From an uncultured delta proteobacterium (GTDB taxonomy: Bacteria > Myxococcota > Myxococcia > Myxococcales > Myxococcaceae), in the NCBI GenBank assembly GCA_963771175.1, contig CAVYSY010000011.1, forward strand, positions 1-64,000: 64,000 nt of DNA, read 5' to 3'. The notes beneath the pieces are model-generated. The model made no database searches, was not told where the DNA came from, and saw only the letters and a program-made list of their open reading frames with translations. Below, in pieces: positions 45,397 to 57,065 of the stretch. Positions within the stretch are counted from its first letter, which is position 1. Each line of letters begins with the position of its first letter. Made by a program: the position numbers and the translations under genes.

Positions 45397-45956
45397 GCGT
45401 GAAGCCCCCGACAGGTTCGGTGTGTGCCCGCTGCCCGGTGGCGCTGGGCGTCTCGTGCTGCGAGCCGAAGGAGGACGAGCAGCTGGCCACCCTCACGCGC
45501 GCGGACGTGGAGCGCATCACCGCGCACACGCGGCTCGCCGCCCGGCGCTTCATCGTCGAGGAGGGTCTCTCGGAGATGGAGGCGGCGGACTACGAGGCCC
45601 GCCGTCCGCTCTATCGGGGCTACTTCCGCCGGGGGCCGGTGCGCCTCACGCTGGCCATGCGCGCGGGGGCTTGTGTCTTCCATGAGCGGGGCAGGGGGTG
45701 TGGCCTGCCCGCGGACGTCCGGCCGGTGGCCTGCCGGCTGTACCCCTTCGAGCGCTGGCCTGACGGGAGCTGGAGTGTGCTGATGGGGCGCTACGGTGAT
45801 CTGGCCGAGGCGCGAGCGGGCGGAGATGCGTGCCTCGCGGTGGAGGAGGCCGAGGGCATGGAGGACGTGCTGGCGGCCTTTGGCACCTCGCACGAGGTGG
45901 TGGAGGCGTTGGGCGAGCAGCTCGCCGAGGAAGCGCGGGCCCACGGGCGGGGTTGA
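45393..45956 (+). CDS. YkgJ family cysteine-cluster protein
   Basis: CARC...CC, CVFH...GC, RPVACRLYPF. Confidence 0.8.
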   Translation: MSVKPPTGSVCARCPVALGVSCCEPKEDEQLATLTRADVERITAHTRLAARRFIVEEGLSEMEAADYEARRPLYRGYFRRGPVRLTLAMRAGACVFHERGRGCGLPADVRPVACRLYPFERWPDGSWSVLMGRYGDLAEARAGGDACLAVEEAEGMEDVLAAFGTSHEVVEALGEQLAEEARAHGRG

Positions 45957-46031
45957 CGGGCTGACGGTGGGCGAGCAGGCGGGTTCCGCTGGCCTTGAGT
46001 CCCCGGTGCCGACGGGTACGATGCCGGCCGC

Positions 46032-46922
46032 GTGCCGTCCTTTCCGCCCCAACACCAGTTCCATCTGTTCCCGCGCGCTCCCGCGCGCGAGACGCCCGAG
46101 TCGCTGCCCGCGCGCAACCGTGCGGCGGAGTCCTCCAACCGTCTGGCCACCGTGCTCCGCGAGGAGGAGGTGCCGCTCGCGGACAACTTCCACCTCGAGG
46201 CCTCGCGCGACACGGAGCCGCACCTGTCGGTGGCCACCCGGGAGGAGCTGTGGGCCCGCGCCGAGGCGCTCGCCTTCCGGCTGTCGGCGGACCTGCGCCT
46301 GCCGGTACGGCTGGCGGTGACGGACAACCGCTCCACCATGGTGTCCTTCCGGCGCAGCGCCAACGTGCTGCAGCTGCGCTTGCACCACATGTTCCTCGAC
46401 GCGCCGGAGCAGGTGGTGCGCGCGGTGGCGGACTACGCGGGCCGTGGCAACCGCGTGGCGGGCGGATTGCTGGACGACTACATCCGGGGCCAGCAGCCGC
46501 GCATCCGCCAGGAGCGTCACGCGGCCGAGGCGGACCTCGAGCCGCGGGGCCGCTACTTCGACCTGCAGGCCCTCTTCGATGCGCTCAACCGCACCTATTT
46601 CCAGGGAGGCATCCAGGCGCGCATCGGCTGGGGCCGCATGCCTCCCCGGCGGCGGCGCAAGTCCATCCGCCTGGGCGTGTACGACCACCAGACGCGGGAG
46701 ATCCGCATCCACCCCGCGTTGGATCGCCTGGAAGTTCCGACCTACTTCGTGGAGTTCATCGTCTTCCATGAGATGCTCCACCAACTCTTCCCCAGCTCGA
46801 ACGGCAACGGCCGCCGGGTGCACCACCCGAGGGCTTTCCGAGACCGGGAGAAGGCCTTCCCGCTCTACGCCGCCGCACTGCGTTGGGAGCGAGAGAACCT
46901 GAACCTGCTGCTGCGGGGCTGA
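46032..46922 (+). CDS. SprT/YgjP-like zinc metalloprotease domain protein
   Basis: LNRTYF, IRIHPALD, HEMLH, H.R.FR..E. Confidence 0.75.
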   Translation: MPSFPPQHQFHLFPRAPARETPESLPARNRAAESSNRLATVLREEEVPLADNFHLEASRDTEPHLSVATREELWARAEALAFRLSADLRLPVRLAVTDNRSTMVSFRRSANVLQLRLHHMFLDAPEQVVRAVADYAGRGNRVAGGLLDDYIRGQQPRIRQERHAAEADLEPRGRYFDLQALFDALNRTYFQGGIQARIGWGRMPPRRRRKSIRLGVYDHQTREIRIHPALDRLEVPTYFVEFIVFHEMLHQLFPSSNGNGRRVHHPRAFRDREKAFPLYAAALRWERENLNLLLRG

Positions 46923-47023
46923 GACCGCTTCTCCGCCTGCTGCTTTACCAATTTACCGATCGACGGCCCCGTGCGGAGGTTGCTTGACCCTTCGCGTGCC
47001 TCGACCCAATCCTCTTTTGCCCT

Positions 47024-48455
47024 ATGCGACGCGCGAAGATTGTCTGCACCCTTGGTCCGGCCTGCCAGAGCCAGGAAATGCTGGAGGCCCTTCTGGAGGC
47101 CGGGATGGACGTGGCCCGGCTCAACTTCTCCCACGGTAGCCACGAGCAGCACGCCGAGAACATCGCCAAGCTCCGAGCGGCCTCGCTGAAGGTCCGCAAG
47201 GCGGTGGGTATCCTGGGGGATCTCCAGGGCCCGAAGATCCGCACCGGCCGCTTCATCACCGGCAGCACCGATCTGAAGGAAGGCGGCGAGTTCCTCATCA
47301 CCACGGACGAGAGCGTGAAGGGCACGGATGAGATCGTGTCCACCACGTACCCTCACCTGGCGGCGGACGTGAACCCGGGGGACCGCATCCTGCTGGATGA
47401 CGGCCTGCTGGAGCTGCGGGTCCTCGAGACGGACAAGAAGCAGCTCATCCGGACGAAGGTCATCCACGGCGGCATCCTGAAGAACAACAAGGGCATCAAC
47501 CTGCCGGGCGTGGCGGTGCGAGCCGACGCGCTGACGCCGAAGGACAAGGAGGACCTGATCTTCGGCATCAAGGCGGGGGTGGACTACCTCGCCCTGTCCT
47601 TCGTGCGCCAGCCGGCGGACATCGACATGGCGCGCGCGGCGATGGCGGACGTGGGCCGCACGGTGCCCATCATCGCCAAGCTGGAGAAGCCGGAGGCGAT
47701 CGCCCGGCTGGACGCCATCCTGGACAAGACGGACGGCGTGATGGTGGCGCGCGGGGACCTCGGCGTGGAGATTCCGCCCGAGGAGGTGCCCTCGGTGCAG
47801 AAGGACATCGTGCGGCGCTGCAACATGCGCGGCCTGCCGGTCATCGTGGCCACGCAGATGCTCAACTCGATGATCGACAACCCGCGGCCCACGCGCGCCG
47901 AGGCCAGCGACGTGGCCAACGCCGTCTTCGACGGCGCGGACGCGGTGATGCTGTCGGGCGAGACGGCCAGCGGCAAGTTCCCCGTCGAGTCGGTGCAGAT
48001 GATGGAGCGCATCGTGCTGGCGGCCGAGTCCACCATCCGGGCGCAGGGGCTGCTGGCGCCGTCGCAGTCGCCGGTGGGGCTGCCCTCGCACTTCCCGGAC
48101 GTGATTGCCGCGAGCGCGTGCTACGCGGCGAAGCAGGCGGGGGCGCAGCTCATCGCCGCCTTCACGCAGTCGGGCGTGACGGCGCGGCTGCTGGCGCACT
48201 ACCGGCCGCCGATGCCCATCGTGGCCTTCAGCCCCAACCAGGAAGTGCGCCGCCGGCTGTCGCTGCTGTGGGGCGTGGTGCCGCGGGTGCTCGAGCCCAT
48301 CCAGGAGACGGAGGCGATGGTGCGCCGCGTGGAGGAGGAGCTGCTGGCGCGGGGTCTGGCGCAAAAGGGTGACCGCGTGGTCATCGTGTACGGCGCGCCG
48401 GTGGGCCAGCCGGGCAAGATCGAACAGCCTGCGGCTGCACACCATCGGGGGCTGA
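47024..48455 (+). CDS. pyk: Pyruvate kinase (frameshift near 48422)
   Basis: KIVCTLGP, RLNFSHG, DLQGPKIR, MVARGDLGVE, ATQML, RAEASDVAN, MLSGETA. Confidence 0.95.
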
Positions 48456-48493
48456 GCCCGCCGAGGGCCTCGGGGTGAGGCCCTCGCTCCCGC

Positions 48494-50039
48494 CTATCCG
48501 CGGGAGTCCTGCAGGGCCCGCCTGGGAATCTCGGCCTCGACGAAGATGCGGTACAGCTCCAGGTCGAGCTGGCCGCTCTGCGCCTCCTTCTTGAGGATGT
48601 CGAGCGCGAGCTGGTGGGGCACGGCCTTCTTGTAGGGCCGGTCGCTGGCGGTGAGCGCGTCGTAGATGTCCGCGATGGACATCATCCGCGACTGCACGGG
48701 GATGGTGGTGTCGGGGATGGCGCGCGGGTAGCCGGTGCCGTCGAGCTTCTCGTGGTGCGCGTAGGCGATCTCCGGCACGCGCCGCAGGGCGCGCGTCCAG
48801 GGAATCTGCGAGAGGAAGCGGTAGGTGTGCTCGACGTGGCTCTCGATCTCCCGGCGCTCCTCGGCGGAGAGCGTGCCCTTGGCGATGGAGAGCGACTGGA
48901 TCTCCAGGTCGAGCAGCAGCGGCTGCTCCTGGCCGAAGGCGTCCTGGAAGCGCAGGTGCCGCAGCTCGTGCAGGCGCTCGAAGCCGCCCTGCGCGAGCAC
49001 CGTGGGCCGGTTGCAGGTGAGGACGAACTCGAGCACCTCGTCGAGCTGCTTGAGCTCCTCGGCGAGCCGCTCGTCCTCCTCGGCGTCGATCTCCGCCAGG
49101 GCGTGCGTGCCGCGCAGCTTCGCGGCGGCGAGCCGGCGGCGGTAGCTCTGGAGCTGCAGGTCCTTGCGCGCGAGCTGGAAGCGGGAGCGCAGCCCCTCGA
49201 GCTCGTGGGGGTAGAGCTTCTCGGCCTTGACGAGCACCGGCTCGCGCACGCCCACCTTGCCGAAGTCGTGCAGCAGCGAGGCGTAGCGCAGCTCCTGCAG
49301 CTCGGCGGCGCTGAAGCGCGTGTGGGCGTAGGGGCCGGCGTGCACGTGCTCGAGCGCCCGGGCCAGGGCCACGGTGAGGTCGGCCACGCGGCCCGAGTGG
49401 CCGGCGGTGGTGGGGTCTCGCGACTCGATGGCCACCACCGAGGCGGAGACGAAGCCCTCGAAGAGGCGGTTGATCTCCTCGTGGAGGAGGGCGTTCTCGA
49501 TGGCGCCGGCGGCCTGGGCGCCCAGGGCGAGCAGCAGCTCCTCGTCCTCGGCGTCGAAGGGGCTGCCGCTGAGCTTGTTGAGCGCCTGGATGACGCCGGT
49601 GACCTCGCCGTTGGCGTCGCGCATGGGCACGCAGAGGATGCTCTGGGTGCGGTAGCCGCTGAGGGTGTCGAAGGAGCGGTTGAAGCGCTCGTCGGCGTAG
49701 GCGTCCGGGATGTTGATGACCTGCGCCGGTCTGGGCCACCTGGCCGGCGATGCCGCTGCCCACCGGGAGGCGGATCTCGCTCTTGGAGCCCTGGGCCACC
49801 TTGCTCCACAGCTCGTTGCGCTCGCGGTCCAGGATGAAGAGCGAGCAGCGGTCCGCCTCCACCACCTTGGTGGCCTCATAGAGGATGAGCGGGAGCAGCA
49901 GGTCCAGGTCGCGCTCGGCGCTCATGGCCTTGGCGACGTCCAGGATGGACGTGAGCTTCTGCAGGCGCCGGGTGAGGTCGGGGGTTCGGGCGGCGGGCTG
50001 GGGAAGCACCGGGGATGGCTCCGAGATGGGACGGCGCAC
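48494..50039 (-). CDS. GAF + HD-GYP domain phosphohydrolase (frameshift near 49725)
   Basis: GAF ([18 protein letters not shown]), [30 protein letters not shown]. Confidence 0.9.
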
Positions 50040-50140
50040 GGCCAGGGAGGTCTCTTCTTAGCACGGGACCTGGAGGGCCCGCCCCCCCGTCCCCTGCAGC
50101 GTGGGTACGCACCGGCGGGCGGAAGCGGCTAGAAGCCGCC

Positions 50141-50793
50141 ATGAGCCGCGTCCTCATCTCCCCCTCGCTCCTGTCCTCCGATTTCGGCCGCCTCGCCGAG
50201 GAGGTGCGCGCCGTGGAGGCCGCCGGCGCGGACTGGATCCACGTGGACGTGATGGACGGGCGCTTCGTCCCCAACATCACCCTCGGGCCGGTGGTGGTGG
50301 AGGCCATCAAGCGGACGGCCACCCGGCCGCTCGACGTCCACCTGATGATCGTCGAGCCCGAGAAGTACATCGAGGCCTTCGCCAAGGCGGGGGCGGACGT
50401 GCTCACGGTGCACGCGGAGGCCTGCCCGCACCTGCACCGGATGCTGCAGCAGATCCGCCAGGCGGGCGCGAAGCCCGCGGTGGTGCTCAACCCGTCCACG
50501 CCGCTGTCGGCGGTGGAGGAGGTGCTGGGCGACGTGGACATGGTGCTGCTGATGAGCGTGAACCCGGGCTTCGGCGGGCAGAGCTTCATCGAGCGCACGG
50601 TGGACAAGGTGCGCCGGCTGCGCGCGCATGCTGGACGCGCGCGGGCTGTAGCACGCACATCGAGGTGGACGGCGGCATCAACGCGGAGACGGCCAAGCGG
50701 GTGGTGGAGGCCGGGGCCGACGTGCTGGTGGCGGGCTCCTACGTGTTCGGCGCGAAGGACTACGCCGCGGCCATCCGCTCGCTGCGGCCTTGA
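50141..50793 (+). CDS. rpe: Ribulose-phosphate 3-epimerase (frameshifts near 50630-50650)
   Basis: [36 protein letters not shown]. Confidence 0.95.
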
Positions 50794-51186
50794 GGGGCAC
50801 TCAGGCTGGGGCTCACCTCCTTCACCCCGGCCAGCCGGGCCACCCGGGTCATGAAGGTGTGGTCGAACGGCTTCACCTCGTAGGCATCGGCGCCGAGCTC
50901 GAAGCACACGTGGCGGGTGAACTGGTCCTCCACGCCGGTGAGGATGATGACCTTGCACGTCGCGCGTGTCCGGGTCCTGCTTGAGCTGGGCGAGCAGGTC
51001 GCGGCCGTCCTGGTGCTGGTGGATGTCCAGGATGATGACGGCTGGCCGGTGCTTGCGCGCCAGCTCCAGCACGTGCTCGGAGGTGGTGTCCGAGACGGAG
51101 GCGAGGCCGGAACGACGGGCCTCGCGAACCAGCGCGGATACGACGAGGGGTTCGTCGTCGGCGATGAGGACGACCGGAGAAGGCAT
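50760..51186 (-). CDS. Single-domain response regulator (frameshift near 50965)
   Basis: LIADDE, IILDI, DGRDLL, IILTG, GADAY..KPF. Confidence 0.8.
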
Positions 51187-51434
51187 GGGACCCCGTGGTG
51201 GCTCGTTGTTGGTGGGCAGCCAGAGCAAGCAGCGTTCCTGATGGTTCCCTTCGCGAAATGCGAGGTTACGCGGGGGAGGGCTGGGTGGCTAGGGCCCCAT
51301 GGGGTGATGGGCAACCCTCTGGAAAACTCCAGGGATGAAAAGATGATCCAGGGCCGTTGACTCGGCCGGGCGGCTCGGATACATGACGCCCACTTTCGAC
51401 GGCCCGAGAGCAGTTCCGGCGAAGGTATCGGTAA

Positions 51435-51511
51435 CGGGGAGTGGCTCAGCCTGGTAGAGCACTTGGTTCGGGACCAAGGGGTCGCAGGTTCAAATCCTGT
51501 CTCCCCGACCA
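51435..51511 (+). tRNA. tRNA-Pro(CGG)
   Basis: CGGGGAG/CTCCCCG acceptor stem with ACCA end, D-arm, anticodon arm CTTGG-TT-CGG-GA-CCAAG, GGTTCAAATCC T-loop. Confidence 0.95.
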
Positions 51512-51516
51512 TTAAG

Positions 51517-51556
51517 ACGGGCCGGAGATCTTCGCATTTCCGGCCCGTTTGCTTTT
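51517..51556 (+). terminator. Terminator hairpin after the tRNA
   Basis: ACGGGCCGGAGAT...ATTTCCGGCCCGT followed by TTGCTTTT. Confidence 0.7.
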
Positions 51557-51586
51557 CCGGAGCCATGACCCCGCGCTCTGCGGGGC

Positions 51587-52204
51587 TCAGTTCCAGGAGA
51601 AGTCGCACTCGCTCTCGAGCGGGCCCGTCTGGCGGCCCCACACCCGCACCTCGCGCGCGCCTCCCGCTTCGAGGAGCGTCGCTACCACGCCCGCGTGGAC
51701 GGGATGGGGCATGAACTCACGCTTCATGATGAGGCGGCCGCTCTGGGGTCCCGTCCACACGAGGGTGTGCTCGCCGTAGCTCATCGACACCCGGTAGGCC
51801 GAGGGGAGGCTGGCCAGCAGCCGCTTCGGGTCGCTCCCCGCCAGCCGCAGCATCATCTTCCCCGCCGTGGACTCCATGAAGTCCTGGGCCGAGCGCCGCC
51901 CGAGCTGCCGGAGTGCCGCCTCGGGGGCCCCATACCGCTTCTTCAGCGTCTCCATCGCCGCGGAGATGATCCGCATCTGCAGGGTGATGGGGTAGCTGAA
52001 GGTGGCCACGAAGCGGTCCTGCCCGCAGGCCTCGAGGCAGCGCTTCACCAGCTCCTCGCCTCCGAGTGTCCGCACGGCGTCCAGCACGCCGTTGATGAAC
52101 AGCCCGCGCGCGGTGTCACCCGGCGAGGCCAGATTCTGCCGGTGCTGCCAGTCCTGGTTCCAGTCGTACGACCCCTCGTACGAGACGGCGGCAACACTGT
52201 TCAT
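51587..52204 (-). CDS. DUF2378 (TIGR02265) family myxobacterial protein
   Basis: DTARGLF, FSYP, LRQLG, STAG, LPSAY...SYG. Confidence 0.8.
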   Translation of the reverse strand: MNSVAAVSYEGSYDWNQDWQHRQNLASPGDTARGLFINGVLDAVRTLGGEELVKRCLEACGQDRFVATFSYPITLQMRIISAAMETLKKRYGAPEAALRQLGRRSAQDFMESTAGKMMLRLAGSDPKRLLASLPSAYRVSMSYGEHTLVWTGPQSGRLIMKREFMPHPVHAGVVATLLEAGGAREVRVWGRQTGPLESECDFSWN

Positions 52205-52347
52205 GACTCCCCCCACGTGGATGGTGCTGGAACCCAGCGTGCCTCCAGCGACGTGCTGGCGCTGTGAACCGCTTCACTCCCGGGGGATGAGGGCCTTCAC
52301 ATCCCCCCTGTCGCCAGGAGGGATGTGTGCAGCCCGACTTCAACATT

Positions 52348-55077
52348 CTAGCCGGCGGCGGACTGGACGCCGACCACGCCCGCCGGCGCGGCCACGGGCG
52401 CCTGGGGCTTGAACCCGAGCAGCCGGAGCGCGTTGGCGACCACCAGGAGCGTGCTGCCCTCATGCAGCACCACCGCGTGGCTGATCTGCGTGAGCCCGAA
52501 GACGGCGGCGATGATGAGCACGCCGCTGACCCCGAGCGCGATGACCAGGTTCTGCCGCATCACCGCGGTCGCCTTGCGGGCGAGCCCCAGCGCGAAGGGC
52601 AGCTTGGAGAGGTCATCGCTCATCAGCACCACGTCGGCGGTCTCGAGCGCCGCATCGGAGCCGGCGCCACCCATCGCCACGCCCACGGCGGCGGCGGCGA
52701 GCGCGGGAGCGTCGTTCACTCCGTCGCCGACCATCGCCACCGGACGCTCCTTGCCCAGCTCCCGGACGGCGGTGACCTTGTCGGCGGGCATCAGCGGCGC
52801 GCGCGCCTCGTCGAGCCCCACCTGCGCGGTGATCGACTTCGCCACGCGCGCGTTGTCGCCCGAGAGCATGACCGTCCGCTCGATGCCGGCCTGCTTGAGG
52901 GCCTGGATGACGTGGGACGCACCGCTGCGCACGGTGTCGGCGACGCCGAGCACCCCGAGGTAGCGCCCCGACCTGCGCACCACCATCGTGGTCTGTCCCG
53001 CCTCCTCCAGCTTCCGCACCTCCGCGGAGATCTCCGCCGGAACGGTCTCGCCCTCGAAGAGCGCGAGGCTGCCGACCTCCACCGGCTCCTCGCCGAGCTT
53101 CGCGCGGATGCCCTTGCCGTGGATGGCCTCGAGGTCCTTGCCCGCCGGGGCCTGGATGCGCTGCTCGGTCGCGGCATCCACCACGGCGCGCGCGAGCGGG
53201 TGCGCGGAGAGCGACTCGACCGACGCGGCGGTGCCGAGCAGCTCCTCGCGAGTGACTCCCTGCGCCGGAGCGGTGGTGAGCAGCTTGGGACGACCGACGG
53301 TGAGTGTGCCCGTCTTGTCGAAGGCGATGGCCCGGACGCCGCCGAGCAGCTCCAGGTAGATGCCGCCCTTGACCAGCACGCCGCCCCGGGCCGCCGCCGC
53401 CACCGCGGACAACACGGCGGAGGGCGTGGAGATGGCCAGCGCGCACGGGGATGCGGCCACGAGCAGCGACACCGCCCGCAGGATGGCCTCCTTGAACGGC
53501 GTCCCCAGCAGCATGAGCACCACCGGGAACACCACCGCGCCAATCATCACCAGCGGCGCGAAGGTGCGCTCCAGCCGCTGGGCGAAGCGCTGGTTGGGAC
53601 CCTTCTGGGCCTCGGCCTGGGCGACCATGTCCACCACGCGCGCGAGCACCGAGTCGGAGGCGTGGCGGGTGACCTCCACCTCCAGCAGGCTCTCGCAGTT
53701 GATGGTGCCGGAGAACACCTCGTCTCCCGGCTTCTTGGGGACGGGGATGGACTCGCCGGTGATGGCCGCCTGCTCGAGCGAGCTCTTGCCCTCGCGGATG
53801 ATGCCGTCGAGCGGAACGCGGTCACCCGGGCGCACGACGATGCGCTCTCCCGGATTGACCTCGCCCACAGGGACCTCGACGACGTCGTCCCCACGCCGGA
53901 CCCGCGCCACCTCGGGGCGGAGCTCGGCGAGCGATTCAATCGACCGGCGCGCGCGCTCCATCGCCCGGTGCTCGAGCGCATGGCCCGCGCTGAAGAGGAA
54001 GAGGAGGAACGCGCCCTCGAACCAGGCTCCGAGGAACGCCGCGCCGAGCGCCGCCACCACCATCATCGTCTCGATGTCGATGCGGAGCTGGGCGATCGAC
54101 TGCACCGAGCCACGGATGGCGAAGAAGCCGCCGCTCGCCATCGAGAGGCCCCAGACAATCGTCGGGACCAGGGGCGAGACCGGGGCGAAGCGCTCGAGGA
54201 GCCAGCCGGCGACGAGCAGGACGCCGGAGGCCACCACCAGCGGCAGCTCGAGCAGGGGAGCCAGGCCGCCGCCGTGCGCGTGGTGCGAGCAGACGTGACC
54301 GGCGGTGGGCACCTCCAGCCCATACCCGAGTGACTTCACCCGGGCTTCCACTTCGGGGAGCTTGAGCTCCTCGCTGTCGTACTCGATGACGAGGCGCTCG
54401 CTCGCGTACGCCACGCTCGCGGAGAGGACGCCCTTCGTCCGGCTGACGGCGTGCTCGATGACCGTCGCCGAGTCGGCCGAGTCCATTCCGCGCACGAACC
54501 AGGTGTGGTGCTTGTAGCGCTTCGCCACCACGGCGCCGGTGCTCTGCGCCAGCTCAATCAACTGCGACGCGCTCACCAGCTCGGGCTGGTAGTGGATGCA
54601 GACCTCGGCATGACCCGCGTCGCGCCGGAGGTGGACGTCGGAGATGCCACGGTGCGCTTCGAGGGCGGCTTCGAGCTTCTGGAAGCGGCCCACGTCGTCC
54701 GTCTCACCCGGCAGGGCGCCCTCGAGATCGAGCTGGAGCGCCACGCCTCCGCCCTCCGCGGGACGGTTCCCGGGAGGGCGGATCCGCTTGGGGCGGGGGG
54801 GGTGATGGTGGTCATGACCATGGTCACAGTCGGGGCCGTGCTCGTGGTCATGGTCGTGAGCCTGAGAGTGATCGTGGTTGCACCCCGGCCCGTGCACGTG
54901 CTTCTCGCCGTGCTCGTGTGCGTGGGCATGCTGCTCGTGGCCGTGGTCGTGCTTGCACCCCGGCCCGTGCACGTGCTTCTCGCCCTGCTCCTGCGCGTGG
55001 TCGTGCTTGCAATCAGGGCCATGCACGTGCGCGGGCGCCACCCCGAGGATCCCAACGATCTTCTTATGCTCCGACAT
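52348..55077 (-). CDS. Heavy-metal P1B-type ATPase (P1B-4-like) with His-rich N-terminus
   Basis: TGES, SPC in TM4, DKTGT, HP, GDGVNDAP, HEGST in TM6; repeated HVHGP(G/D)C(K/N)HDH. Confidence 0.92.
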   Translation of the reverse strand: MSEHKKIVGILGVAPAHVHGPDCKHDHAQEQGEKHVHGPGCKHDHGHEQHAHAHEHGEKHVHGPGCNHDHSQAHDHDHEHGPDCDHGHDHHHPPRPKRIRPPGNRPAEGGGVALQLDLEGALPGETDDVGRFQKLEAALEAHRGISDVHLRRDAGHAEVCIHYQPELVSASQLIELAQSTGAVVAKRYKHHTWFVRGMDSADSATVIEHAVSRTKGVLSASVAYASERLVIEYDSEELKLPEVEARVKSLGYGLEVPTAGHVCSHHAHGGGLAPLLELPLVVASGVLLVAGWLLERFAPVSPLVPTIVWGLSMASGGFFAIRGSVQSIAQLRIDIETMMVVAALGAAFLGAWFEGAFLLFLFSAGHALEHRAMERARRSIESLAELRPEVARVRRGDDVVEVPVGEVNPGERIVVRPGDRVPLDGIIREGKSSLEQAAITGESIPVPKKPGDEVFSGTINCESLLEVEVTRHASDSVLARVVDMVAQAEAQKGPNQRFAQRLERTFAPLVMIGAVVFPVVLMLLGTPFKEAILRAVSLLVAASPCALAISTPSAVLSAVAAAARGGVLVKGGIYLELLGGVRAIAFDKTGTLTVGRPKLLTTAPAQGVTREELLGTAASVESLSAHPLARAVVDAATEQRIQAPAGKDLEAIHGKGIRAKLGEEPVEVGSLALFEGETVPAEISAEVRKLEEAGQTTMVVRRSGRYLGVLGVADTVRSGASHVIQALKQAGIERTVMLSGDNARVAKSITAQVGLDEARAPLMPADKVTAVRELGKERPVAMVGDGVNDAPALAAAAVGVAMGGAGSDAALETADVVLMSDDLSKLPFALGLARKATAVMRQNLVIALGVSGVLIIAAVFGLTQISHAVVLHEGSTLLVVANALRLLGFKPQAPVAAPAGVVGVQSAAG

Positions 55078-55084
55078 GGTGCTC

Positions 55085-56063
55085 CTAGTGGCCGTGACCG
55101 CGGTGCCGACGGGCGGGAGAGGCGACGGGGGCACTCACCGGCTCGGGTGCGCGCTCCTCCTCCTCGTGGTGGTCCTCGTCCTCGTGCTCCTCGGGAATCG
55201 TCTGGGTGAAGCGCTGGCCCGCCACCTCGAGGGTGAAGGCCTTGCACGTGGGGGGCACGTCGAACTCGAGCACCGCGGGCAGCCGGCCCTCGTAGACCTT
55301 GAGCTGCTTGCCCTGTTCGTCGGAGATGGTCCCGCCCGCGGCCACGGTCATCGTCTCGTCGACGAGCACCGCGACCAGCTCGGCCATCTCCTCCATCCGG
55401 TCGGCGATGCGGTGGCACCACAGGTGGCCCACCCCCGGATACGTCTCGTGGGAGACGGCCTCCATCTGCTCTTCGTCCACCTGGTCACCCACCCCGACGA
55501 ACACGAAGTTCATTCGGGGCAGGCGGCCCGCCGCGATCTCCTTCGCCACCTGCGTGGCGTAGGCCATCACGTCGTTGCTGTCGTTGATCTGCGAGTCGGT
55601 GATGATCACCGCCAGGCCTCGCTTCGCACCCGTCGAGACCTGCTGCTTCATGTGGGCCACGAAGTCACGCAGCACCGGGAGCATCACCGTGGCCTTCCCG
55701 TAGAAGCGAGGGCCAGGGAAACGGTAGTCCTTCGCCTGCGGACCGGTCGAGCTCGCCGACCTCCTCCAACTGGCTCCCGTCTCCGGTGGCCCAGTAGGCG
55801 ACGCGCACCTTGCCGTCGCGGTCCTTGTTGGCGAGGTACTCGAGCATCCACCGCATCTGGGGCTCGACCAGGTTCTTCACCGGCGCCAGCTTGGCGAGCA
55901 CGCCGCGCGGGCCGTACTCGTCCTCCATGCTCGCCGATCCATCCATGTAGAGGGCCACATCCAGCCCCTCCACCGTCGGGTCGTGCAGCAGCGTGGCGGT
56001 GACCTTGTTGCCGATCCGGTGAACGTCCGAGAACGGCTTCGCGATGACTTCGTGGCCAGCCAT
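55085..56063 (-). CDS. vWA-domain protein 2 with His/acidic tail (frameshift near 55745)
   Basis: MIDAS-like DGSASM and ITDS; paralog of the upstream gene; tail EEHEDEDHH...RRHRGHGH. Confidence 0.8.
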
Positions 56064-57007
56064 CAGTGATGATCCTCCTCGTCCTCGTCCTCGTCGTGGT
56101 GGTCCTCGTCCGGCAGCGGCTGGGTGTAGCGCTGGCCGTTCACCTCGAGGGTGAAGCTCTTGGCGCCCTCGGGCACGTCGAACTCGAGCACCGCGGGCAG
56201 GCGGCCCTCGTAGCTCTTCAGGATCTTGCCCTTGTCGTCGTAGATGGTGCCGCCGGCGGCGACGGTCATCGTCTCGTCCACCAGCACCGCCACCAGCTCG
56301 GCGACCTGGGTGATCTCCTTGGCGATGCGGTGGCACCACAGGTGACCCACGCCCGGGTACTCGATGTGGGCGATGTGCTCGAGCTGCTCCTCGTCGATGT
56401 TGTCGCCGACGCCCACCAGCACGAAGTTCATCCGCGGCAGCCGGCCGGCGCGGATCTCCTTGGCGACCTCGGCCGAGAAGGACTCGACCTCTTCCGGATC
56501 GTGCAGCTTGCCGTCGGTGACGATGACCGCGCACCCGCGCCTGGCGCCCTGGGGAATCTGCTCCTTCAGGTAGCGCACGTAGTCCTTCAGCGCCGGCGAC
56601 AGGTGCGTGTAGTTGCCGAGCCGCTTGGCGCCCGGGAACTTGTAGCTCTTGACGTCCACGCCCTTCAGCTCACCGACCACCTCCACGTCCTTGCCGCTGG
56701 CGCCACAGGCCCAGTAGGCGACGCGGAGCAGACCGTTGCGATCCTTCGTCGCCAGGTACTCGAGCATCCACTGCACCTGGGGCTCGACCTGGTTGGACTC
56801 CTCCTTCTGCGGGGCACCGCGCAGCCACTCCAGGAAGGAGCGCGAAGGCCGCGTGTACTCGTACTCATCCTTCATGCTGCCGGACGCGTCCATGTAGATG
56901 GCCATGTCCAGGCCCTCGACGGTGGGATCGTGCAGCAGCACCGCGCGCACCTTTCCGTCCTCGAGGTGGAGATCCGAAAACGGCTCGACCGGCTTCTCGT
57001 GTCCCAT
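56063..57007 (-). CDS. vWA-domain protein 1 with His/acidic tail
   Basis: MIDAS DASGSM, T, VTDG, VLVGVG; tail DEDHHDEDEDEEDHH. Confidence 0.85.
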   Translation of the reverse strand: MGHEKPVEPFSDLHLEDGKVRAVLLHDPTVEGLDMAIYMDASGSMKDEYEYTRPSRSFLEWLRGAPQKEESNQVEPQVQWMLEYLATKDRNGLLRVAYWACGASGKDVEVVGELKGVDVKSYKFPGAKRLGNYTHLSPALKDYVRYLKEQIPQGARRGCAVIVTDGKLHDPEEVESFSAEVAKEIRAGRLPRMNFVLVGVGDNIDEEQLEHIAHIEYPGVGHLWCHRIAKEITQVAELVAVLVDETMTVAAGGTIYDDKGKILKSYEGRLPAVLEFDVPEGAKSFTLEVNGQRYTQPLPDEDHHDEDEDEEDHH

Positions 57008-57065
57008 CTGTCCCCTTTCAGAGTGCCGAGACGGTAGCGTCCGGCAGGCAACGACCGCAACCTAC

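Noticed and set aside
43935..45956. NFACT-YkgJ fusion (673 aa)
   Set aside because: The middle is out-of-frame sequence caused by the 44440 frameshift; the genes are separate and ATGA-coupled at 45393.
40953..50793. dusB, pyk, rpe and others as pseudogenes or programmed frameshifts
   Set aside because: Scattered single indels in conserved housekeeping genes without slippery sites are best explained by sequencing error.
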